A stretch of 58,451 nt of DNA from Acidobacteriota bacterium (GTDB lineage: Bacteria > Acidobacteriota > Thermoanaerobaculia > Multivoradales > JAHEKO01), in the NCBI GenBank assembly GCA_022561975.1, contig JADFQD010000004.1, forward strand, positions 1 through 58,451, written 5' to 3'. The translations under genes and the position numbers were made by a program. The notes beneath the pieces are model-generated. The model did not search any database. It saw nothing but the letters and a program-made list of their open reading frames with translations, and was not told the DNA's origin. Below are positions 1-8,775 of the stretch, piece by piece (the first letter of the stretch is position 1; each line of letters opens with the position of its first letter).

Positions 1-24
1 ACTGCGTTCGTTGTCCCCATCGAT

Positions 25-48
25 AGACATCGTGATACAGTGATGTCT
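25..48. promoter_or_regulatory. Putative vapBC promoter/operator: AGACATC-N10-GATGTCT inverted repeat flanking a TACAGT -10-like hexamer
   Basis: Perfect 7-bp inverted repeat at 25-31 and 42-48 straddles TACAGT (36-41), just upstream of the antitoxin ATG. Type II TA operons are typically autorepressed at such sites. Confidence 0.5.
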
Positions 49-50
49 CG

Positions 51-275
51 ATGCGAACGACTCTCTCAATAGACGAGGACGTTCTCCGAGCCGCCAAGGC
101 GCTCGCGGCTGCCCAGGGGCGATCGATTGGTTCGGTCGTGTCCGAGCTCGCTCGCAAGGGGCTGAAGCCATCGGCGCCGATTGCCTATCGAGACGATTTT
201 CCGGTGTTCGAGGTCCACGGAGACTCGACGGTGTTCGGCCCGGAAGAGGTCCGTCGGGCTCTCGACGACGAGTAG
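51..275 (+). CDS. vapB: VapB-type antitoxin (ribbon-helix-helix/CopG-like)
   Basis: N-terminus MRTTLSIDEDVL..AKALA..QGRSIGSVVSELARKGL is typical of RHH antitoxins. 74 aa, directly abutting a PIN-domain gene. Confidence 0.85.
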   Translation: MRTTLSIDEDVLRAAKALAAAQGRSIGSVVSELARKGLKPSAPIAYRDDFPVFEVHGDSTVFGPEEVRRALDDE

Positions 276-758
276 ATGATCGCCTTACTCGACGTCAACA
301 CGCTGGTCGCTCTCGCCTGGCCGAATCACATTCATCATGAGGCCGCACACCGCTGGTTCGCCGAGTATCGGGAGCAGCCGGAGCGGGGGCAGCAGGCGGA
401 GCAGGGGGATCAAGGGGAGCAGAGCTGGGCGACCTGCCCGATCATCGAAAGCGGCTTCGTCCGGGTTTCGTCGAACCCGGTGACGACTCCGGAGGCCCGA
501 AGTCCGGTCGAGGCCATCGAACTGCTCCGGACAATGGTGGACCAGCCCGGACATGTTTTTTGGTCGGACGACATATCGCTCGCCACCGACGAGCTGGTCT
601 CGCGGCAACGACTTGTGGGCTACCGTCAGGTGACCGACGTTCACCTTCTGAGTTTGGCGGTCCACCGCGGAGGCCGGCTGGTGACCTTCGACCGGGGCAT
701 TGTGCAGCTCGTTGGGGAGGGTAGGGACCCTCGGTCTGTGGTGGAGTTGATCGGCTGA
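276..758 (+). CDS. vapC: VapC-family PIN-domain ribonuclease toxin
   Basis: LLDVNTLVAL..H.HH, WATCPIIESGFVR, QVTDVHLL and LVTFD motifs of mycobacterial-type PIN toxins. Confidence 0.9.
   Translation: MIALLDVNTLVALAWPNHIHHEAAHRWFAEYREQPERGQQAEQGDQGEQSWATCPIIESGFVRVSSNPVTTPEARSPVEAIELLRTMVDQPGHVFWSDDISLATDELVSRQRLVGYRQVTDVHLLSLAVHRGGRLVTFDRGIVQLVGEGRDPRSVVELIG
372..425 (+). repeat. Six degenerate 9-bp tandem repeats inside vapC (EQP-ERG-QQA-EQG-DQG-EQS)
   Basis: gagcagccg/gagcggggg/cagcaggcg/gagcagggg/gatcaaggg/gagcagagc. Confidence 0.75.
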
Positions 759-780
759 TCTCCCCCGCTACAATCATGCC

Positions 781-1656
781 GTGCTCCGATTCCTGGTCAA
801 CCCGACCTCCGGCGGCGGCAAAGCCAAGAAATGGTTGCCCGCGCTGCGACGGAAGGCCGCGGAGTTCGGTGCGGATTTTCATGTCACCTGCAGCGGCGCG
901 GATCTGATCGCGCAGGCGCGCCGAGCGGCTGCCGACGGCTGCGAGCGGTTGATCGTCGCCGGCGGCGACGGGTCGATGCATCTCGCGGTGCAGGGGCTGG
1001 CCGAATCATCTTGTGCACTGGGAGTCCTGCCCTTTGGTCGGGGAGATGACCTTGCGTGTTCGATGGGTGTTCCGCTGCGCTTCGAGGAGGCGCTCGAACT
1101 CGCGACCACCGGCGAGCCGCATTCGATCGATCTGGGCCGAGCGGGGGAACTCTGGTTCGTGCTCTACGGCGGTGCCGGCTTCGACAGTGCCTGTTCGGTG
1201 ACCGCCGACCGCCAACCGCGCTGGTGGCCGGACAAGATCACCTACATCGTTTCGGTGTTGCGCACGGTTGTCGGTTTCGTGCCGCCACGGGCACGAGTCG
1301 AGTGGCAGGGGGGCTCGTTCGAGGACGAGGTGATGTTCGTCACGATCTGCAACGCGCCCCGTTTCGGTGGCGGGATGTACATTGCTCCCGAGGCCGAGAT
1401 GGACGACGGGCTGTTCGACCTGGTCGTGATCCGGTCGATGTCGAAGCTCCACCTGCTGCTCAGGCTCTTCCCCAAGGTCTTCAAGGGCAACCACGTCGGT
1501 CACCCGGCGGTCTCCATTCACCGCACGCCCTGGGCGCGGGTGTCGTTCGATCGTGAGCAGGTGCTGGGCTGTGACGGCGAACTCGTGGGGAGGGTGGGGG
1601 CCGAGCCGATGGAGTTTTCGATCGTGCCGGAGGCGCTCCGAGTAGTGGGCGGGTGA
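781..1656 (+). CDS. Diacylglycerol kinase family lipid kinase (YegS/BmrU-like)
   Basis: VNPTSGGG, AGGDGS, LPFGRGDD, GAGFD, NAPRFGGG and DDGLFD motifs. Confidence 0.9.
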   Translation: MLRFLVNPTSGGGKAKKWLPALRRKAAEFGADFHVTCSGADLIAQARRAAADGCERLIVAGGDGSMHLAVQGLAESSCALGVLPFGRGDDLACSMGVPLRFEEALELATTGEPHSIDLGRAGELWFVLYGGAGFDSACSVTADRQPRWWPDKITYIVSVLRTVVGFVPPRARVEWQGGSFEDEVMFVTICNAPRFGGGMYIAPEAEMDDGLFDLVVIRSMSKLHLLLRLFPKVFKGNHVGHPAVSIHRTPWARVSFDREQVLGCDGELVGRVGAEPMEFSIVPEALRVVGG

Positions 1657-1660
1657 AGCG

Positions 1661-1771
1661 AAGACGGTCGAGACGGGGCTCGACCGCTACAACCATCGAA
1701 GGCTTCGGAGCCCGGAACCGCTCTGCGGGCACCGCTTCTCTGTAGCGGTCGAACTCCGTGTCGACCGTCTT
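1661..1771. repeat. Inverted doublet of GTAG-type REP-like palindromes between convergent genes
   Basis: 1661-1691 and the reverse complement of 1741-1771 match at 28/31 positions. Each arm is GTAG followed by a CGGTCGA..TCGACCG hairpin. Confidence 0.75.
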
Positions 1772-1774
1772 TTC

Positions 1775-3313
1775 CTACACCTTGAACTCGACGCCTTGCG
1801 CCAGTGGCAGTTCTTCGCCGTAGTTCAAGGTGCAGGTCTGGCGGCGCATGTAGGCTTTCCAGGAGTCGGAGCCGGCTTCGCGGCCGCCGCCGGTTTCCTT
1901 TTCACCGCCGAAGGCGCCGCCGATCTCGGCGCCCGAGGTGCCGATGTTGACGTTCGCGATCCCGCAATCGGAGCCGGCCACCGACAGGAATCGTTCCGCC
2001 GAGCGCATATTGAGAGTGAAAATGGCTGAGGACAGCCCCTGTGGCACCGCATTGTGGCGCTCGATGGCTTCGTCGAGAGTGTCGAATTCGAACAGATAGA
2101 GGATCGGCGCGAAGGTCTCGTCGCAGGTAATCGGCATGTCCGGCGTCGCCTCGACCAACGTCGGCTCGACGAAGAATCCGTCGCGATCCGTCTTGGCATG
2201 ACCACCGCAAACAACCCGGCCGCCCTGTTCGCGGATCGTATCGAGGGCCGCCATCATGTCGTCGACGGCACGCTGGTCCACCAGTGGCCCCATCAAGATC
2301 GAGGGGTCCATCGGATCGCCGATCGAGATCGACGAGTAGGCCGAGATCAAACTCTCCTTCATTTCCGCGGCGATGCCCTTCTGTAGGAACAGTCGCCGGG
2401 TGGACGTGCAGCGCTGCCCGGCGGTGCCCACGGCACCGAACAGGACGGCCCGCAAGGTCAGGTCGAGGTCGGCGTCGTCCATTACGACGATGGCGTTGTT
2501 GCCGCCGAGTTCGAGTAGGCTGCGGCCGATCCGCTGGGCGACGGTCTGGCCGACGGCGCGTCCCATGCCGGTCGATCCGGTGGCCGAAATCAGGGGGATC
2601 CTCTTGTCCTGGGTCATCGGTTCGCCGACCTGATGTCGATCTCCGATGAGCAGGTTGAAGATCGGCGGCGCGCTGTTCTCCTTCAGAACTCTGCCGGCGA
2701 TGCGGGTTACGGCAACCGCGGTCAGCGGCGTCTTCTCGGATGGTTTCCAGATGTTCGAGTCGCCGCAGACGGCGGCCACGAAAGCGTTCCACGCCCAGAC
2801 CGCTACGGGGAAGTTGAAGGCGCTGATGATGCCGACCGGGCCCAACGGGTGCCATTGCTCGTACATCCGATGCTTGGCTCGCTCGGAGTGCATCGAAAGC
2901 CCGTAGAGCTGCCGCGACAGGCCGACCGAGAAGTCGGCCATGTCGATCATCTCCTGAACCTCGCCCAGGCCCTCGGAGAGAATCTTGCCCATCTCCAGGG
3001 TAACCAAACGGCCGAGTTCGTCCTTGTGCTTGCGCAACTCGTCGGCGACCAGACGGACGATCTCGCCGCGCCGGGGCGCAGGCCAGGTTCGCCACTCGTG
3101 AAAAGCCTCGACCGAGACCGAAACGACGCGTTCGTAGTCCTCCGAGGTTGCGGTCTTGACCCGCGCGATCTCGTTGCCGGTCGACGGATCGATGGAGATC
3201 ACCTCGGGGCCGTTGGTGGAGAGCCACTCGCCGCAGTACGCGCCGTTGTTGACCGGTTCGACACCCAGCGCGGACAGCAAATCCGAGTGAGTCGTCAGGG
3301 TTTGGACAGTCAT
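1775..3313 (-). CDS. pcd: Aldehyde dehydrogenase, ALDH7 type (piperideine-6-carboxylate / alpha-aminoadipate semialdehyde dehydrogenase)
   Basis: ISAFNFPVAVW, LELGGNNA, GTAGQRCT, SDCGIANVNIGTSGAEIGGAFGGEKETGGGRE and LPLAQG motifs. Lies downstream of lat. Confidence 0.9.
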   Translation of the reverse strand: MTVQTLTTHSDLLSALGVEPVNNGAYCGEWLSTNGPEVISIDPSTGNEIARVKTATSEDYERVVSVSVEAFHEWRTWPAPRRGEIVRLVADELRKHKDELGRLVTLEMGKILSEGLGEVQEMIDMADFSVGLSRQLYGLSMHSERAKHRMYEQWHPLGPVGIISAFNFPVAVWAWNAFVAAVCGDSNIWKPSEKTPLTAVAVTRIAGRVLKENSAPPIFNLLIGDRHQVGEPMTQDKRIPLISATGSTGMGRAVGQTVAQRIGRSLLELGGNNAIVVMDDADLDLTLRAVLFGAVGTAGQRCTSTRRLFLQKGIAAEMKESLISAYSSISIGDPMDPSILMGPLVDQRAVDDMMAALDTIREQGGRVVCGGHAKTDRDGFFVEPTLVEATPDMPITCDETFAPILYLFEFDTLDEAIERHNAVPQGLSSAIFTLNMRSAERFLSVAGSDCGIANVNIGTSGAEIGGAFGGEKETGGGREAGSDSWKAYMRRQTCTLNYGEELPLAQGVEFKV

Positions 3314-3314
3314 T

Positions 3315-3357
3315 CAGTTCTCCTCAGGGCGGTTCTTCTCAGGGCAGTTCTCCTCAG
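3315..3357 (-). repeat. Three 15-bp direct repeats, each carrying a Shine-Dalgarno-like GAG(G/A)AG on the minus strand, between lat and pcd
   Basis: cagttctcctcaggg / cggttcttctcaggg / cagttctcctcag starting at 3315, 3330 and 3345. Confidence 0.75.
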
Positions 3358-3363
3358 AACTAC

Positions 3364-4725
3364 TCAGGCGATTTGGTCGAGGGCACGCTCGAGCCGGGTC
3401 AAGCCGTCGTCGGCCTCGGATATTTGTAAATTGAGTGGCGGCCGAAAGCGAATTGCCCGGGGACCGCCTCGCAATCCGAGAAAGTCGTTCGCGATCATGT
3501 TCTCGAGCAGTGCCTCGCGCTGCTCTTCGGTGGGCAGATCAAACGCCACGAACGCGCCACGGCCGCGGACGTTCGAAATGAGGCTCGGCCTCGAGGCGGC
3601 CAGCCGGCGCAAACCCTCCAGGAGGTGGTCTCCAAGAGTCACGGTGTTTGCCAGGAGGTCTTCTTCCTCGATGATTTCGATGTAGCGCTGGCTGCGCACC
3701 ATGTCGACCAGGTTGCCGCCCCAGGTCGAGTTGATCCTGCCCGATACCTTGAAGACCGAGTCGATCTCGTCGATGCGGGCGTTGGCGCAAATGCCGCAGA
3801 CTTGGCTTTTCTTGCCAAATGCGAAGACGTCGGGCTCGACCCCGAAGTGTTCGAAGCACCACCAGCGGCCGGTGGTTCCGAACCCGGTCTGGACCTCGTC
3901 GAAGATCAGCAGGAACTCGGCCTCGTCGGCAAGTTCACGAAGCGCTTGGAAATACTCGCGCCTGAAGTGGTTGTCGCCGCCTTCGCCTTGAATCGGCTCG
4001 AGGATGAGTCCCGCGATGTCGTTTGGGTGATCGACGAGCGCCTGCTTGATTTGAGTGATCGATTCTCTTTCGGCCGCCTCGACGTTCTCGATGCCTCGGA
4101 GCGGGGCATCGGTCAGCGGGAAGTGCAGCTTCGGGTTGGTGATCCTGGGCCAGTCGAACTGGGGGTAGTAATCGGTCTTGACAGGGTCGGTGTTGGTCAT
4201 CGACATGGTGTAGCCGCTACGGCCGTGGAAGGCCTCGCGAAGATGAATCACGCGATGTCCGTTGGCGCTGCGTCCAGCGGCCATATTCTTGCGGACCTTC
4301 CAGTCGAAAGCGGTCTTGAGCGCGTTCTCGACCGCCAAGGCCCCTCCGGAGATAAAGAACATGCGCTCCGAGAGCGAGGCCGGTACCGTGCGGGAGAAGG
4401 CCTCGACGAAGTCCGCCATGTATTCGGTGTAGAAATCCGAATTGGATGGCTTGTTCAGTGCCGAGGGCAGGATGCGTTGGGCGAAATCGGGGTCGCTCAG
4501 CCTCGGGTGGTTGTAGCCAAGGGGCGTGGTGGCGAAGGACATGAAGAAGTCGAGAATCTCGCGGCCGCTCGACTGATCGACGAGATACGGGCCGTGGCTG
4601 CGCACGAGGTCCATGACGTAGGGGAGGCCATCTGCGAGGATGTGACGGGAGAGGCGCTCATGCACTGCGCTTGCCGGAGATGAGACTTCGTTTGCTGAGC
4701 CGGGGCTTGGTTCGACGAGCGTCAT
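3364..4725 (-). CDS. lat: L-lysine 6-transaminase (class III PLP aminotransferase)
   Basis: NKPSNSD, FISGGALAVENALKTAFDWK, FHGRSGYT, EPIQGEGGD, FDEVQTG, FGKK and RINSTWGGNL motifs. Confidence 0.93.
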   Translation of the reverse strand: MTLVEPSPGSANEVSSPASAVHERLSRHILADGLPYVMDLVRSHGPYLVDQSSGREILDFFMSFATTPLGYNHPRLSDPDFAQRILPSALNKPSNSDFYTEYMADFVEAFSRTVPASLSERMFFISGGALAVENALKTAFDWKVRKNMAAGRSANGHRVIHLREAFHGRSGYTMSMTNTDPVKTDYYPQFDWPRITNPKLHFPLTDAPLRGIENVEAAERESITQIKQALVDHPNDIAGLILEPIQGEGGDNHFRREYFQALRELADEAEFLLIFDEVQTGFGTTGRWWCFEHFGVEPDVFAFGKKSQVCGICANARIDEIDSVFKVSGRINSTWGGNLVDMVRSQRYIEIIEEEDLLANTVTLGDHLLEGLRRLAASRPSLISNVRGRGAFVAFDLPTEEQREALLENMIANDFLGLRGGPRAIRFRPPLNLQISEADDGLTRLERALDQIA

Positions 4726-4851
4726 CGTTTCTCCGTCGCCATAGGTTGGCTGTGAACGCTATGTTTCGAGCTGTAAACGGTGTACCGGATATGTCGAGTC
4801 CGGGATCTCGGAGCCAATAGGCGGAATGCTAGCAGCGGCGTCTTGGCCGGG

Positions 4852-6075
4852 TCAATCGGAATCCAGGGCTGAGTCTCGGGCGGAATCCAGGGCTGAGCCT
4901 TGGGCGGAGTCCCGGGCTGGGTTCCGGGATGAGTCTAGGGTTTTTCGGCGAGCTTCGAGGCGGCGGACGGGCTCGCCCGCGGTCGCGGTTCGGTTGCGCC
5001 CGGTTTCTTTGGCGACGTACATGGCGGAGTCGGCCAGCCGGAGTAGGGTCGACTTGGTGCGTTCGACCGACTCGGTATCCTGCAGGTGCCGATGGAGTGT
5101 GGCCACGCCGACCGAGCAGGTGAGCCCGGTCAGATGAATCGGATCAGGCTGAATCTCGCCCGGCTTGTCGCAGAAGGTCGTGGTCACTATCTGGTGGCGC
5201 AAGTCCTCCGCGACCTTGATGGCCTCCAGCAGATCCCGCTCTGGAAGCGCGACCACGAATTCGTCGCCGCCATAGCGGGCGGCGATCGCGTTTTCGAACT
5301 GCATCGCCGTCTTGATCAGTATTCCGACTTCGCGCAGTACCTGGCTACCTGCCAGGTGTCCATGCGAGTCATTGACCCGCTTGAAGAAGTCGAGGTCCAT
5401 GAACAGTAGGGCCAGGTCCAAGTTTTCGCGACGGCACTTGGCAATCGACTTCGAAAGCGCGATGTGCAGGTAGCGGTCGTTGTAGAGACCGGTCAGATTG
5501 TCGCGCTTGGCGATTTCCTGAGCCTGGCGACCGTCGAGAACATTCTGGATCGAGATTGAAATGTACTCGGCAAAGATCTCGAGGAGATGAACGTCGCGCT
5601 CGCTGTAATAACCGGTCTCCGATCGGTTCACGAGTTCGAGCACACCGCATACTTCTTGCTCGATTCGAACCGGAATGGCCACCAGCGACTCGGCCGGATA
5701 GTCGTTCGCTTGGTCGAACATCAGGTGGTGCAGCTTGTCGGTGGAGAGATCCCGGGTGACGTAGGATGTTCCGGTCAAGTACACATGACCCGCGATTCCC
5801 TTGTTGGCCGGAATAGTCTGCCGGAGCAACTCCCGGGCTTTGTCGCCGAAGGTGGCGATGAAGGTCAGAGAATTTTCTTCGCGCTCCTTGTTTTTCTTCA
5901 GGGGGTTGTCGAGGAGGAGGGAGCCGGCCAGCGAGGGCACGAACTCGTTGGCCTTGCGGAGTACGGCCGCCAGATTCTCGGCGAGGCTCATGTCGAGAGC
6001 AAACGAGGGAATGGCTCGCCGGCGCTCGAGAAAAACCTCGAGATCCTGGGGCTCCAGACAGTGGTACTCAGTCAC
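4852..6075 (-). CDS. GAF-sensor diguanylate cyclase (GGDEF)
   Basis: GAF region (GIAGHV..., GVLELVN) followed by DNLTGLYN, DLDFFKRVND.HGHLAG, RYGGDEF and ADSAMYVAK..GRN. Confidence 0.92.
   Translation of the reverse strand: MTEYHCLEPQDLEVFLERRRAIPSFALDMSLAENLAAVLRKANEFVPSLAGSLLLDNPLKKNKEREENSLTFIATFGDKARELLRQTIPANKGIAGHVYLTGTSYVTRDLSTDKLHHLMFDQANDYPAESLVAIPVRIEQEVCGVLELVNRSETGYYSERDVHLLEIFAEYISISIQNVLDGRQAQEIAKRDNLTGLYNDRYLHIALSKSIAKCRRENLDLALLFMDLDFFKRVNDSHGHLAGSQVLREVGILIKTAMQFENAIAARYGGDEFVVALPERDLLEAIKVAEDLRHQIVTTTFCDKPGEIQPDPIHLTGLTCSVGVATLHRHLQDTESVERTKSTLLRLADSAMYVAKETGRNRTATAGEPVRRLEARRKTLDSSRNPARDSAQGSALDSARDSALDSD
4855..4940 (-). repeat. Degenerate 12-bp tandem repeats encoding the C-terminal (A-R/L-D-S)n tail of the GGDEF protein
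   Basis: Tail reads LDSSRNPARDSAQGSALDSARDSALDSD. Confidence 0.65.
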
Positions 6076-6184
6076 GATGGAGTTCGGTTCCTAGGATAAA
6101 GTAATGTAGCAGAAGCCCTGTTCCCGAACAGTTGTCTAGGCCACAGAGGCGGAAACCGGACCCAATGGCCGGCCTTGTCGTCGC

Positions 6185-8002
6185 CTATCGCAGGGTGCGA
6201 GCCAGCTTGAGCGAGCGCGCCACCAGCTCGGCGATCAAGGACTCCGAGGCTGACAGCTCAGGTGCACAGCGCAAATATTCGAGATCCTCCACCAGTCCAC
6301 CCAGTTCGGCGAGGCCCGCCGGCCTCAGGCCAGCGGTCCGGAGTCGCTGGGGCCATTGCTCTGCGGCGCTTTCCGCCGGTATTTCGAAGCGCTCCTCGAG
6401 AAAGTCACGCCAGGCGCTCTCGAGAGCGTCCGCGGCCCGGCGACCGTGTTGCATGGTGCTGGCACGCCTCAGCCGCTCGCACAGCCGTCTACGGCTCTGA
6501 CTTCGACTGCGCAGTAGCCGCGCCACAGGGAAGACCAACATCGCCGCGACCAGCACAGCCGTACCGCCCAGAAAAAGCGGCTTGCGATGCCACCCCGGCG
6601 AAGGTTCCTGGGGTTCGGTGGCGGCGACCAGGTCTGGGATCGGGCCTGGCGCCGACCTCGGGACATCAGAAAGCCCGATAGTCGGAATCGAGTCGAGCGG
6701 GGCGAGCGCAGTCAAGGTGATCGGCTTCGCCTCGGCCGCGCGAAACGCCGGCTCGTAGGGATCGAAGTAGTCGATCGAGAGAGGGGGAATCTCCCAGCTG
6801 CCGGCGCGGTCGGGAACCAGCACGTATTTCCAGCTCTTCTCGCCGTGGACCCACGTGCCCGAAATTCGGCTCCGGCTCGATTGCTCCGGAGGGTAGACGC
6901 GGACCCCCTCGAGTACCGGCAACTCCGGCTCGAGGACGCCCTGAATGTTGCCTCGCCCCTCGAGCGTAACCGTCAGAGTCGCCGCTTCGCCTACCCGAAG
7001 CTCCTGCGGCTCGAGCTGAGCGGAGAGTTCGAGCTTGCCGACGGCGCCTCGAAAGCCGGCGGGAGTCTCGGGCAGCGGCTTGACGTCGATGGTTACCGCG
7101 TTGCTCGTGCGGTAGAGTTCGCGCCTGCGATAGATGACCGATCCGAGCCAACCGTAGTCGGGCATGTTGGCGACCAAGCGCGTCCGCACGGGCTCTAGCT
7201 CGACCCGGCCCGGACGCCTCGGGAAGATGGCCTTGCGCAGCAGAACCACGCGTCCGTAGCGCTTTCCCTGGATCTCCACCATCTCAGGCTCGAGATTCGC
7301 TGGCTGCGGGATGTCCTCGACCCAGAAGCCCTCGAAGCCGGGCACTTGCTCTGGATTGATCGCGCCGACGTCTGCTTGGGTGAAGAGGTAGAGCGTGTAG
7401 AGAACCTGTTGGCCGACAAAAGGCTTTCGAGGTGTCGCCTCCGCCCGCAAGAAAAGATCGGGATCGGTTTCCAACCTCTGTGCCCGCCGGCGGCGGGAGA
7501 AGGGGAGATCCTCGAAGGGGTCGGGGAACCGCCGCCGGCCATACCTGTCGAAGCTTTCGATCGGATCCTTCTGAACCTGGAGAGTCTGGTCGGGCAGCTC
7601 GAATACCGAGTCGTTGACCTTCAAAGTGATCTGGCTGACCTGGGCTGTACCGGCTTCGTTGGCTCGCAGCCGCCAGATCAGGCTCTCTGATCTCGACGTG
7701 CGCCCGTTTACGAACTGCCATCTTTGAGACTGTATCGGCCCCGACACGATCTCGAAGTTCTCTAGAGAAAACTGAGGATCGAGCTGGAGGTCTTTGAGAC
7801 CCGAGCCCTGGGCTTCGAGCGTGAGCGTCGCGATCTGCCCGACGCCGATGAGGCCCGGCTCGAGCTTGGCGGTGGCCGACTCCGCTTCTTGCGCTGGGGC
7901 CGCCCCGGCGGCGAGCCAACCGATCACGGCCGTGGTCACTATTGCCGCCAGCGCCGCCGGCGTCGGCAGCGAAAGCCCGGTCGGACGCCCACAGGTGATC
8001 AC
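6185..8002 (-). CDS. batD: BatD family protein
   Basis: Signal peptide, repeated BatD Ig-like modules (FVGQQVLYT, GAVGKL, VGEAATLTVTLEGRGN, YFDP) and a TM segment. Last gene of the moxR-bat operon. Confidence 0.85.
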   Translation of the reverse strand: MITCGRPTGLSLPTPAALAAIVTTAVIGWLAAGAAPAQEAESATAKLEPGLIGVGQIATLTLEAQGSGLKDLQLDPQFSLENFEIVSGPIQSQRWQFVNGRTSRSESLIWRLRANEAGTAQVSQITLKVNDSVFELPDQTLQVQKDPIESFDRYGRRRFPDPFEDLPFSRRRRAQRLETDPDLFLRAEATPRKPFVGQQVLYTLYLFTQADVGAINPEQVPGFEGFWVEDIPQPANLEPEMVEIQGKRYGRVVLLRKAIFPRRPGRVELEPVRTRLVANMPDYGWLGSVIYRRRELYRTSNAVTIDVKPLPETPAGFRGAVGKLELSAQLEPQELRVGEAATLTVTLEGRGNIQGVLEPELPVLEGVRVYPPEQSSRSRISGTWVHGEKSWKYVLVPDRAGSWEIPPLSIDYFDPYEPAFRAAEAKPITLTALAPLDSIPTIGLSDVPRSAPGPIPDLVAATEPQEPSPGWHRKPLFLGGTAVLVAAMLVFPVARLLRSRSQSRRRLCERLRRASTMQHGRRAADALESAWRDFLEERFEIPAESAAEQWPQRLRTAGLRPAGLAELGGLVEDLEYLRCAPELSASESLIAELVARSLKLARTLR

Positions 8003-8775
8003 CAGTCTTTGCCTTTGCGTGCGCGCTTCTTCATCTGCTCCTCGGCTTGTTTGCGACGCTGCGCGCGCTCGAGATTCTCTACCGCTTCGAGGATCGCCGC
8101 GGCCTGCTCGGCGGTCATATCCGGCTGCTCCTCGAATTGCGGCAACTGCCGGCTGCGTTCGCTTTCGTCCTGCTCCTGATCCTGACCGTCCTGGCCGTTC
8201 TGTTCTGGCTCGTTCGAGTCTTGTTGTTGCTCTTGCTCTTTGTCGTTGTCCCGGTTGTCGGATGGCTGTTGGTTTTGCGGCTTCCGATCGTCGGGCTTGT
8301 CGTCTTGCCCCTTCCGATCTTTCTTATCCTGCTCTTGCTGTTGCTGCTTCAGCGCCAGCTCGAGGTTGAACTTCGCGGCCTGGTGATCGGGCGAAAGCCG
8401 CAAGGTCTGTTCATAGGCCGCAATCGCTCCGGCGGTGTCGTCCGCACCGAGCCGGGCGTTGGCCAAATTGTAGTTGGCCGGCGCGCGCAGTTCATCGGGC
8501 GCAAATTCGGCCGCACGTTCGAGGTGCTCGAGCGCGCCGTCGGTTCCCGCGACCAGATGGGCGGAGCCGGCGTTAAAGCGCAGGATCGGATCTTCGGGGT
8601 CGAGACGCGCCGCCGTTTCGAAGGCCTCGATTCCTTCCCGTCCTGGATGGGTTTCCAAAGCCTCGATGCCGGCAGCCGTCCTTTCCCGCGCGTTCCAGCG
8701 CAGGTGATCGAGGCTCAGGTCGGTGAACGACCAGCCCGCGGCCAGAGTCAAGATGGCTGCCAGGGAACGGATCAC
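7999..8775 (-). CDS. batC: BatC-like TPR protein with Gln/Asp-rich linker
   Basis: TPR motifs (ANYNLANA, AKFNLELAL), Q/D-rich linker, AEQAAAILEA and C-terminal KDW. Start placed at GTG 8775 (GTGA overlap with the batB stop). Confidence 0.85.
   Translation of the reverse strand: MIRSLAAILTLAAGWSFTDLSLDHLRWNARERTAAGIEALETHPGREGIEAFETAARLDPEDPILRFNAGSAHLVAGTDGALEHLERAAEFAPDELRAPANYNLANARLGADDTAGAIAAYEQTLRLSPDHQAAKFNLELALKQQQQEQDKKDRKGQDDKPDDRKPQNQQPSDNRDNDKEQEQQQDSNEPEQNGQDGQDQEQDESERSRQLPQFEEQPDMTAEQAAAILEAVENLERAQRRKQAEEQMKKRARKGKDW

Noticed and set aside
719-726. KOPS-like GGGTAGGG octamer in a window containing ftsK
   Set aside because: A single octamer is expected by chance and says nothing without genome-wide skew.
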